Origin: an uncultured Verrucomicrobiae bacterium | Lineage (GTDB): Bacteria > Verrucomicrobiota > Verrucomicrobiia > Limisphaerales > Palsa-1400 | Assembly (NCBI GenBank): GCA_963764165.1 | Contig: CAVXRD010000001.1 | Location: 1,120,001-1,184,000, forward strand | DNA: 64,000 nucleotides | Direction of reading: 5' to 3' | Shown: positions 9,513 to 17,420 of the stretch, in pieces | Position numbering within the stretch: position 1 is the first letter of the stretch | Layout of the letters: every line of letters begins with the position of its first letter | Made by a program: the position numbers and the translations under genes | The notes under the pieces: generated by a model | The model's input: only the letters and a program-made list of their open reading frames with translations | What the model was told of the DNA's origin: nothing | Database searches by the model: none

Positions 9513-10853
9513 TCATAACGCCGAGCACGGGGCGAGGATGGCCGTGCTCATGCCGTGGATAATCTTCTTGTCAGGCGGGCAGATGGTGGCCAGCACGCCG
9601 GAAAGAGTGGCCCGCGCCGCGTCCCCCTGGCCATGCACAAAATAATACGGGCACAGGCGCACCCGGCCCGGCATGTCTGTCAGCTTGCCGGCGTCAAAAT
9701 CGTACCACTGCGACTTATGCACCCCGGGCTTGTGATAGCGCTGCAAGACATGGGGAGAAGTTCCTGAAATCGCGATCGCGGAATCAACCGCCACCGACCA
9801 ATCCGCCGTCGGCAAATCGCTGCCGAGAAAAACGCCACGCGCGCCCCATGCCTTTTCCGAGAAGCCGGAGATTTTCAAGATCAACTCCCGCTCGCGCTGC
9901 GAAAGCGCCTTCAACTGCTGCCAATCTGTCAAGTCCAACTCCGGTATGGCGCCCTGCGGCGGCAGCGGCGACGGGTCAACCATCCAAGTGTAAGGCGACA
10001 TGCTTTGCAACTGGGTCAGAAATCGTTCGCCCAATTCCTGCCGCCAGAAACTGCGGAGATTCCGATTCCACAATAGCGCAAACAGCATTTTCTCCTCAAA
10101 GATTGGCTTCGGCGGCGAGGTCAACTGAATCCGCTTCAGCAGGGCGAGTTCCAAAATCGTGCTGGCATTGGGAATGTTCGGCAGGTCGAACAATTCGAAA
10201 AAGCGGTACACGGCGTCGCCGTTTTTGAAATCAGTGAAATGCGCGTCGCGAATGTTGAAACGGCCGCCCAATTGCGCCGCCACCCATTCCATTTCCGGCC
10301 GGTACGTCTGCGCTTCCTCCGAGACAACGATATGCACATTCGGCGCGTCGTCAAAAATCCCGGCGAATCCACGCAGCATGCCATCCGCCCCGCCGATGAG
10401 CGTGGAGGAGCCCTCCTTCATCGCCGCATACGTCTGGTTCAGCCATGCCGTCACGCCGATGCCGCCGGGGACGCTGTCAAGCTCCGTGATGCGCGGGCCG
10501 GTTTCTGTCAAAATAATATCGGGCCGGATGACGCGCGGCATCTCGTTCTTCAACGCCGCGTTGCGCTGGATGTCCAGGAGTGAGGATGGTTTGCCGCGAT
10601 CCAGCCATTCGGCGACCCAGCCCGGCTGCTTTCCCAAGAGGCTTTGGCGATAGAGCAGATTAACGCAGCGATTAAATTGGAGCAGCAGCCGGCCGAGATT
10701 CTGAAGCTGTTCGGCCAAATCCGGCCCGAGCGGAAACGGAACCGGTGAAACCCGCCAATCCTGCCCTGAAAACAATCCGCCGCCTGGCATGCGTTCACGC
10801 ACAAAGCGGGCCTGCCGCGCCAATACTTCCGCCGCCGGGGTTGATTCTGTCAT
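9513..10853 (-). CDS. ATP-grasp-like ligase (glutathionylspermidine synthase / circularly permuted ATP-grasp-like)
   Basis: RPD..ITELDSVPGGIG, LKISG..WGARGV and VLQRY motifs; starts 6 nt after the proA stop. Confidence 0.6.
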   Translation of the reverse strand: MTESTPAAEVLARQARFVRERMPGGGLFSGQDWRVSPVPFPLGPDLAEQLQNLGRLLLQFNRCVNLLYRQSLLGKQPGWVAEWLDRGKPSSLLDIQRNAALKNEMPRVIRPDIILTETGPRITELDSVPGGIGVTAWLNQTYAAMKEGSSTLIGGADGMLRGFAGIFDDAPNVHIVVSEEAQTYRPEMEWVAAQLGGRFNIRDAHFTDFKNGDAVYRFFELFDLPNIPNASTILELALLKRIQLTSPPKPIFEEKMLFALLWNRNLRSFWRQELGERFLTQLQSMSPYTWMVDPSPLPPQGAIPELDLTDWQQLKALSQRERELILKISGFSEKAWGARGVFLGSDLPTADWSVAVDSAIAISGTSPHVLQRYHKPGVHKSQWYDFDAGKLTDMPGRVRLCPYYFVHGQGDAARATLSGVLATICPPDKKIIHGMSTAILAPCSAL

Positions 10854-10859
10854 CGGTGA

Positions 10860-12146
10860 TTAAGTGCGCAGTTGGCCATCGCCAAAACCAAGCCATTTGT
10901 ATGTGGTCAGCTCTTCGAGCCCCATCGGGCCGCGCGCGCCGATCTTGTCCGTGCTGATGCCGATTTCAGCGCCCATGCCGAACTCCCCGCCGTCGGTAAA
11001 GCGGGTGGAAGCGTTCCAATACACCGCCGCCGAATCGACCCGCGCCATGAACTCGCGCGCCGCGCGCTCGCTGCGGGTCACAATGCTGTCCGAGTGGGAG
11101 GACCCGTAATGATTAATATGGTCAATGGCCTGCGCCACATCGTCCACCACGCGAACATTTAAAATGTAATCGTTATACTCTGTAAAGAAATCCTGCTCGC
11201 CAGCCAGCTTCATAACTCCCGTCGGCCTCACCTCCCCAGACGCGAATGCTTTCAGCGCTTCCGCGTCCGCCCGGATTTGCACATTCTTCCCGTTCATTCT
11301 CCTTAGCAGCGCCGGAAGAAAAACGCCCGCAACCGCGCGATTCACCAGCAGGGTCTCCATCGCGTTGCACACGCCGGGGCGCTGGCATTTGGCGTTGAAG
11401 GCAATTTCCTCCGCCATGTTCAAATCGGCCTCGCTATCAACATAAACGTGGCACACGCCCTTGTAATGTTTGATGACGGGAACCTTCGAACATTCGGCAA
11501 CGGCGCGAATCAAACCCTCGCCGCCCCGCGGCATGCAAAGGTCGACGTATTGCGTCAACGATAACAAAATCTTGATGGCTTCGCGCTCCGTTGTCGGGAC
11601 GACCTGGATCGCGTCTGCCGGAAAGCAAGGCAAACAGCGCGACGCGGCGGTGATCATCGTGTGGGCGATGGCTTGATTGGAGTGCAGCGCCTCGCGGCCG
11701 CCGCGCAAAATGGTGGCGTTGCCGGATTTGAAACAAAGGCTGGCGGCATCGGCCGTGACGTTGGGGCGCGATTCGTAAATGATGACCACGACCCCGATGG
11801 GTGTGGAAATTTTTTGCAGGCGCAAGCCGTTGGGCCGGGTGCGTTCGTCGAGGATGCGCCCGACCGGGTCCGGGAGTGCCGCTACTTCGCGCAGGCCGCG
11901 CGCCATGCCCGCGACACGTTTGTCATCGAGCTTGAGCCGATCCAGCATGGCGCTCGAAAGCCCGGCAGCGGCCGCATCCTGCATGTCGATGGCGTTGGCC
12001 TTTTGGATGGCGGCGGAGTCAGCTTCAATCGCGGCGGCCATCGCGAGCAGGCACTCGTTCTTCTGCGCGGACGTTAACTGAGCCAATCGACGCGACGCTG
12101 CCTTCGCCTGCTGGGCGAGTCGTGTCAGTTGTTCAGTCAATATCAT
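10860..12146 (-). CDS. proA: Gamma-glutamyl phosphate reductase
   Basis: IYESRPNVT, KSGNATILRGG, CNAMETLL, NASTRFTDGGEFGMGAEIGIST, GPMGL. Confidence 0.97.
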   Translation of the reverse strand: MILTEQLTRLAQQAKAASRRLAQLTSAQKNECLLAMAAAIEADSAAIQKANAIDMQDAAAAGLSSAMLDRLKLDDKRVAGMARGLREVAALPDPVGRILDERTRPNGLRLQKISTPIGVVVIIYESRPNVTADAASLCFKSGNATILRGGREALHSNQAIAHTMITAASRCLPCFPADAIQVVPTTEREAIKILLSLTQYVDLCMPRGGEGLIRAVAECSKVPVIKHYKGVCHVYVDSEADLNMAEEIAFNAKCQRPGVCNAMETLLVNRAVAGVFLPALLRRMNGKNVQIRADAEALKAFASGEVRPTGVMKLAGEQDFFTEYNDYILNVRVVDDVAQAIDHINHYGSSHSDSIVTRSERAAREFMARVDSAAVYWNASTRFTDGGEFGMGAEIGISTDKIGARGPMGLEELTTYKWLGFGDGQLRT

Positions 12147-12277
12147 GGCGGCAGTTTAATGCAGAACCGGCCGGCGCGCCAGCCATCCGCTTCCTGCCTC
12201 CGGCGGGATGGAGTTAAGGGCCGGCGCGCCAAAAGCCGCCGCCAAAGGTGAGTTGGCAGGCAATGCAACATGGGCAA

Positions 12278-12325
12278 GCGGTTTTGGAAATCCGCTATCC
12301 AGCAAGGTTGGAAACCTGCGCCACA
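12278..12325. repeat. Tandem pair of small hairpins, REP-like intergenic unit
   Basis: GCGG-TTTTGGAAAT-CCGC followed by GCAAGGTTGGAAACCTGC; single copy in this window. Confidence 0.4.
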
Positions 12326-12368
12326 AAAACGGGTTCATTGGCAGCCTCGCCTTGCCAAGATTTACTGA

Positions 12369-12390
12369 GCTTGAACCGCGCTTGAACCGC
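12369..12390 (+). promoter_or_regulatory. Perfect 11-bp tandem direct repeat, candidate regulator site
   Basis: GCTTGAACCGC twice, immediately upstream of the 12398 gene. Confidence 0.45.
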
Positions 12391-12397
12391 AGCCAAT

Positions 12398-12865
12398 TTG
12401 TCCTCGGTTGTGAATCAGATTCTGTTGATGGCTCATGTCGCGTGCGGCGTCGCCTGTTTGCTGGCGGCGCTTTGGGTTTTTGTCGATGTGCTGAATTTCT
12501 CCGCCGCCAACGCCGCCCGGGTTCGCAAGGCCAGCGTTCTTTCAGCCATATTCATGTGGTTGGCTTTTTTGATCGGCGGTTATTGGTATGTATTCTTTTA
12601 TCCGGCTGACAAGTCAATCATATTGACTGGCCCATGGCCCGCGGCCCATCATTTTTTCATGGAGACGAAGGAGCACCTGGTCATCCTGCTCCTCATGATC
12701 GCCACGTATCTTCCCATCGCCGCCCGCAATTGCTCGCTTGAAAGCGCCGACGCGCGGAAGTTGACTTTGTGGATCGCCGGATTGGCCGCCGTCTTGTCGC
12801 TGGCGATGGAAGGCGAAGGCGCGATCATCGCGATGGGCGTCAAAGTCGGATTGCTCGCCAAATAA
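12398..12865 (+). CDS. Hypothetical 4-TM membrane protein
   Basis: Four hydrophobic helices; WPAAHHFFMETKEH motif; start uncertain (TTG 12398 or a later ATG). Confidence 0.75.
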   Translation: MSSVVNQILLMAHVACGVACLLAALWVFVDVLNFSAANAARVRKASVLSAIFMWLAFLIGGYWYVFFYPADKSIILTGPWPAAHHFFMETKEHLVILLLMIATYLPIAARNCSLESADARKLTLWIAGLAAVLSLAMEGEGAIIAMGVKVGLLAK

Positions 12866-12871
12866 AACCGC

Positions 12872-13192
12872 ATGGAAAACACGAGTCTCTCCAACTACAG
12901 CAAGTCCTTCGGCGTGGCACTCGTGACGGCCGGACTCTGCAACTCCATTCTCGTGGTGGCTAAAGAAAAATCTCCTTCAGTCTTGGCGGCGATGGCCAAA
13001 ATGACGGGACATCACTGGGTCACGCATTCGCTATTTGTCCTGTTTGTTTTTGTTTTCATGGGGTTGCTTTTGGCGCGGATGAATCGGCGGCAGGGGCCGA
13101 AATTGACCACGCAAGGTTTGATCAGCTGCGTGGCGGCGGGAGTGCTCGTTTCAGCGGCAATTATCGTCGGGTTTTATCTCGCCGGGGATTGA
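12872..13192 (+). CDS. Hypothetical 3-TM membrane protein
   Basis: Three hydrophobic helices; GHHWVTH motif; 6 nt after the previous gene. Confidence 0.75.
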   Translation: MENTSLSNYSKSFGVALVTAGLCNSILVVAKEKSPSVLAAMAKMTGHHWVTHSLFVLFVFVFMGLLLARMNRRQGPKLTTQGLISCVAAGVLVSAAIIVGFYLAGD

Positions 13193-13225
13193 AATGATAA
13201 AGATCCGGTCGGAAACCGGCAAACA

Positions 13226-13708
13226 TCACGCCTGCGTGAAGGTTCCCGCCGCCTGCACCCGCGCCGCGGGCCAATCGGAGAATTTGGAGAGCGTGTCCTT
13301 GATATCGCTGGACTTTAGCGGCTTGGTCAGGAACGAGCGCGCGCCCAATTCATAAGAGCGCTGCGCCAGCGCCATCTCGCCGGAAACAGTCAGGACGACG
13401 ACCGGCACGGCGTGATGCGGCGGATGGCTTCGCATCCACTTAAGCGCCTCGAATCCGTGCATCCCAGGCATGCTTAGATCAAGAAGAATTAACATCGGAT
13501 AAGGATAAAGCACCCGGTCAGAATAACCGTGATCACCCTCCAAATAGCTGAACATCTCCTCCGCCGATTGCACGCCGTGAACGCAGATGCCCGGACACAT
13601 TGCGGATATGACGTGTTGCGCAAACCGCAAGTCGTCATGCGTGTCGTCAACGATAAGTACAGCTCCCTTATCGCCGCTCGGCAAAAAATCTGAGCGCTGC
13701 ATGTGCAT
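13226..13708 (-). CDS. Single-domain response regulator
   Basis: LIVDD, LLDLSMPGMHG, FLTKP. Confidence 0.88.
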   Translation of the reverse strand: MHMQRSDFLPSGDKGAVLIVDDTHDDLRFAQHVISAMCPGICVHGVQSAEEMFSYLEGDHGYSDRVLYPYPMLILLDLSMPGMHGFEALKWMRSHPPHHAVPVVVLTVSGEMALAQRSYELGARSFLTKPLKSSDIKDTLSKFSDWPAARVQAAGTFTQA

Positions 13709-13900
13709 GTCTCTTTTTTTCTCTTTTATGAGCTATCAAAAATTAGCACGGCCTTTGGGAGCGCTTCAATCAGGCCGTTTATGGGAGAGTGTCTGCAATT
13801 TTCCCCGACCCGGCGCCTCGCGCGTTTCGCCTGAGGCGTTTTTCGTGGAATTCCCCTATGGTGAAGAACTTAGGCATGCGCTAATATCTTCGCCATCTCA

Positions 13901-15997
13901 GTGAGCACGGTAAACGCCAAGTCACTAACGGCCAAGCTGCGCGCGATAGCGGACGCGCTGGCTCCTGAGGGTTACGAAGACGCGAGGGGTTTTCATTTTG
14001 GACATGCGGAAAGAATTGACGAAGATCTGAGCTTTATTGACAAGGCACTCATGGCGCCATTTGAACCAGAATGCGTGGGACACCACTTGGAATTCCAAGA
14101 GGACGGCTGCGTGCGAGTGCTTCATTTGGAGGACTCCTCTTCTGACGCGGCGCTAATTCTCGATTGGCTTGAGCGCGGCGGCCTGAAATGCTCGCTGACT
14201 CATGCGCGCAATAAGTCCGAATTCGAATGGGCTCTGGATCATGAGCAATTCGACGTTATACTTTGCGACCACAATCTCCCAGGATACAGCGGATTTGCGG
14301 CCTTGGAATTTTCGCGCGCGCGCCAGCCGCACACTCCGTTTATCATCCTCTCCGGCGCCTTGGATGATGAGCAGGCTGTGGAATGTCTTCACAACGGCGC
14401 GGCGGATTACATTTTGAAGGATCGCATGGCCCGCCTCATCCCTGCCATCCGCCGGGCGATGACCGAAGCCGCGGAACGCAAGCAGCAAGCCGCCGCCCAA
14501 AAACGCATTCAAGAGCAAGCCGAACTCCTCAACCTGACCCGCGACGCCATCGTCGTGCGCGACATGGATGATCGAATCACTTTTTGGAACGCCGGCGCGG
14601 AATCCATTTTTGGCTGGAAAGCCAGCGAAGCACAGGGCCGCCATTTTGCCAGCTTGCTCCATGGCGCTCCTCCCTTGTTCGCGGACGCCCGGCAATCGCT
14701 GATGGAAACAAGCGATTGGGTGGGCGAACTCCAGCTCGCCAGCCGGAAAGGCCAGGAAGTGGTGGTCATGAGCCATTGGAACCTTATCAAAGACCCATCA
14801 GGCAAACCGACCGCGATCGTCTGCACCAATACGGACATCACCGAGCAAAAGAAGTTGGAAAAGGTCGTGTTGCGCGCGCAGCGGATGGAGAGCATTGGCT
14901 CTTTGGCGAGCGGCGTGGCCCATGATTTGAATAACGCGCTTTCGCCGGTTCTTCTGAGCGCTTCCTTGATGGAGAATTGCCAGGATCCCGAGCAGCGCCG
15001 CCGGTACGTGGACGTGATCGTCTCCTGCGTCCAGCGCGGGGCGCGAATGCTGAAGCAAATTCTCAATTTCACAGACGGCCGCCAGGGGCGCCTCGGGCTG
15101 GTATCGGTCTGCGCTCAGGTGCGCGAGCTGGAGAAAATGATTCGCGACACTTTCCCGAAATCAATTGAGATCAAGGTCCAAGTCGCCGCGCATCCATGCA
15201 CCATTCTCGGCGATCCGACCGAGTTGCATCAGGCATTGCTCAATTTGTGCGTCAATGCCCGCGACGCGATGCCGGATGGCGGGAGATTGACGATGTCAGT
15301 GCAGAGGGCCGATTTGGACGAGGTGACGGCCGGCCGCTTGGACGGAAAACCGGGGCCGCATGTGATGCTTTCGGTGACAGACACGGGGTGGGGAATTCCA
15401 GAGGAAGTCCTGCCAAGAATCTTTGAACCGTTCTTCACCACGAAAGGGCCGGATCAAGGCACGGGGCTTGGACTTTCCATCGTCGCGGGCATCATGAAAA
15501 ATTGCGGCGGCTGTCTGGATGTCAAAACCGAACCGGATTCCGGCACTGAATTCCGCCTCTACTTTCCAGCGGTGGAAACTGCGGAATTCCTTGAAGCCAC
15601 CGGCGACGAAGGCCCCGTTCCCGCCGGCCACGGGGAATTGGTGCTGCTGATGGAGGACGAAGAGGCGATTCGGGAACTGACGCGAACAAGCCTCGAGAAT
15701 TTCGGCTACCGCGTCGTAACCGCGCCGAACGGAGTGCAAGGCATCGCCCGCTTCGAGGAATATCGCGACCGCATCCGGGTCGTGGTGAGCGATACAGACA
15801 TGCCAAAGATGAACGGCCTGGCTGCCGTGCGCGCGATCAAGGAAATGCGCCCGGAATTGCCGGTCATCGTCGCCAGCGGCTCCCAGCACAGTTCCCAAGA
15901 AATCAAGCAGATGAGCGACCATCGCATGACCCGCCTGCGCAAGCCTTACAGTTTGCAGGAGCTTCTCGTCACGGTGTCCAGCGCAGTCAGGGACTAG
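13901..15997 (+). CDS. Hybrid histidine kinase REC-PAS-HisKA-HATPase-REC
   Basis: LHLEDS receiver; PAS WNAGAE; GVAHDLNN; EPFFTTK; C-terminal receiver; start uncertain. Confidence 0.9.
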   Translation: MSTVNAKSLTAKLRAIADALAPEGYEDARGFHFGHAERIDEDLSFIDKALMAPFEPECVGHHLEFQEDGCVRVLHLEDSSSDAALILDWLERGGLKCSLTHARNKSEFEWALDHEQFDVILCDHNLPGYSGFAALEFSRARQPHTPFIILSGALDDEQAVECLHNGAADYILKDRMARLIPAIRRAMTEAAERKQQAAAQKRIQEQAELLNLTRDAIVVRDMDDRITFWNAGAESIFGWKASEAQGRHFASLLHGAPPLFADARQSLMETSDWVGELQLASRKGQEVVVMSHWNLIKDPSGKPTAIVCTNTDITEQKKLEKVVLRAQRMESIGSLASGVAHDLNNALSPVLLSASLMENCQDPEQRRRYVDVIVSCVQRGARMLKQILNFTDGRQGRLGLVSVCAQVRELEKMIRDTFPKSIEIKVQVAAHPCTILGDPTELHQALLNLCVNARDAMPDGGRLTMSVQRADLDEVTAGRLDGKPGPHVMLSVTDTGWGIPEEVLPRIFEPFFTTKGPDQGTGLGLSIVAGIMKNCGGCLDVKTEPDSGTEFRLYFPAVETAEFLEATGDEGPVPAGHGELVLLMEDEEAIRELTRTSLENFGYRVVTAPNGVQGIARFEEYRDRIRVVVSDTDMPKMNGLAAVRAIKEMRPELPVIVASGSQHSSQEIKQMSDHRMTRLRKPYSLQELLVTVSSAVRD

Positions 15998-16004
15998 CTT
16001 CAAT

Positions 16005-16031
16005 GGCAGGGACGCCTCGGCGGGGCGCACC
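16005..16031. repeat. REP-like palindrome, degenerate single copy
   Basis: GGCAGGGACGCCTCGGCGGGGCGCACC, same family as 17286 and 43109. Confidence 0.65.
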
Positions 16032-16087
16032 TGTCAAAAATGGACACCACACTCGACAGCCGTTGAAATTCCTGAAAAGCTGGCCGC

Positions 16088-16702
16088 GTGAAACAGTCCA
16101 TTGTCACGCTGGATTTGGAAGGTGTGCTCGTGCCGGAAATCTGGATTTCCGTTGCCGAAAAAACCGGGATTCCCGACCTGCGCCGCACCACGCGCGAGGA
16201 GCCGGATTACGACAAGCTCATGCGCCAGCGCATCGAGATTCTTGACAAGCACGGCCTCAAGCTCGCCGATATCCAGGAAGTCATCGGCGCGTTGCAGCCT
16301 CTTCCGGGCGCCGTTGAATTCCTGCGCGAACTTCGCGCCCTGACGCAGGTGATTATTCTTTCGGATACGTTTGAGGAATTCGCCAAGCCGCTCATGCGCC
16401 AGTTGGATTGGCCCACCATCTTCTGCAATTACCTGGTGGTGGACAATGGCCGCATCGCCGGACACAAAATGCGCCAGGAAAATCCAAAGCGAAGCGCGGT
16501 GGCTGCCTTGAAAACACTGCGCTACTTCATTGTTGCGGCCGGGGATTCATTTAATGACACGGCGATGCTCGGCGAAGCCCATGCGGGTTATCTTTTTCAT
16601 TCGCCGGATCACATCCAGAAGCAATTCCCGCAATTCCCCGCCTACGAAGAATATGATGACTTGTTGAAAGCCATCAAAAGGGCTCTTGAAAGCCCAGCGT
16701 AG
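16088..16702 (+). CDS. thrH: Bifunctional phosphoserine phosphatase/homoserine phosphotransferase
   Basis: HAD motif LDLEGVLVPEIW; TTREEPDYD; ILSDTF; AAGDSFND. Confidence 0.93.
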   Translation: MKQSIVTLDLEGVLVPEIWISVAEKTGIPDLRRTTREEPDYDKLMRQRIEILDKHGLKLADIQEVIGALQPLPGAVEFLRELRALTQVIILSDTFEEFAKPLMRQLDWPTIFCNYLVVDNGRIAGHKMRQENPKRSAVAALKTLRYFIVAAGDSFNDTAMLGEAHAGYLFHSPDHIQKQFPQFPAYEEYDDLLKAIKRALESPA

Positions 16703-16827
16703 CGGCCACCCATACAAATCAGGCCGGCAAGCAAGGGAACGCACTACAAAAAAATGTGCAGAGCCCCTTACAGACTATAATGCGCAAATGCGGCAGCATG
16801 GAGACCAGATAAGTTTGTCCCAGTAAC

Positions 16828-17283
16828 TTGTTCATGATTCCCATGAGCGCCGACAACGCAACGCAACCGCCAGCACACAAGGCTCTTCCGCACGAGACCG
16901 CCGCGCCCGTCTCTCCAGAGACATTCCGATCCAGGTTCTGCGAACGATTTGGGTGCGAAGACAAGGATTACGAGAAAGTGGCGTTCTCCAAGTTGCTTTT
17001 CGCCCATGCCCGCCTGGTGGCGCCGCTGATTCGCGTGGCTTACCCCGAATTCTTCAGGGAAGACCTGAAGTTTGTCGAGTATCTGGGCAACTGCACAGGG
17101 AACCGTGATATGGCGGTGGAGTTGCAGGAATTTAAGGATGCGAACCGCACGCGCGGAGGGGTCGTCCGAATGAATTTTTACCTCCGCGTCTCCGGCAAAA
17201 AAGCAAAACGGATTTACCGCGAGCTGAAGAATCACGAGCGACCGAGCGCGGCCGCATTGCCCAAGCCTGCCATCATTCCTTAA
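16828..17283 (+). CDS. Hypothetical protein
   Basis: 151-aa ORF filling the gap; TATAAT upstream; start could be ATG 16834 or 16843. Confidence 0.6.
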   Translation: MFMIPMSADNATQPPAHKALPHETAAPVSPETFRSRFCERFGCEDKDYEKVAFSKLLFAHARLVAPLIRVAYPEFFREDLKFVEYLGNCTGNRDMAVELQEFKDANRTRGGVVRMNFYLRVSGKKAKRIYRELKNHERPSAAALPKPAIIP

Positions 17284-17285
17284 AA

Positions 17286-17365
17286 GGCAGGGACGCCTCG
17301 CCGAGGCGTCCGGGGTGAGGCCCTATTCACGCGCAACCCGGACGCCTCGGCGAGGCGTCCCAGCC
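17286..17365. repeat. Inverted doublet of REP-like palindromes (REPIN-like)
   Basis: GGCAGGGACGCCTCGCCGAGGCGTCC ... GGACGCCTCGGCGAGGCGTCCCAGCC; 26-bp arms with 1 mismatch, between convergent genes. Confidence 0.85.
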
Positions 17366-17420
17366 AAAAAATGGCTCGGCCGAGCCTCCCCCCTTGCCGG
17401 AACTTTAGACTGGGCAATTC

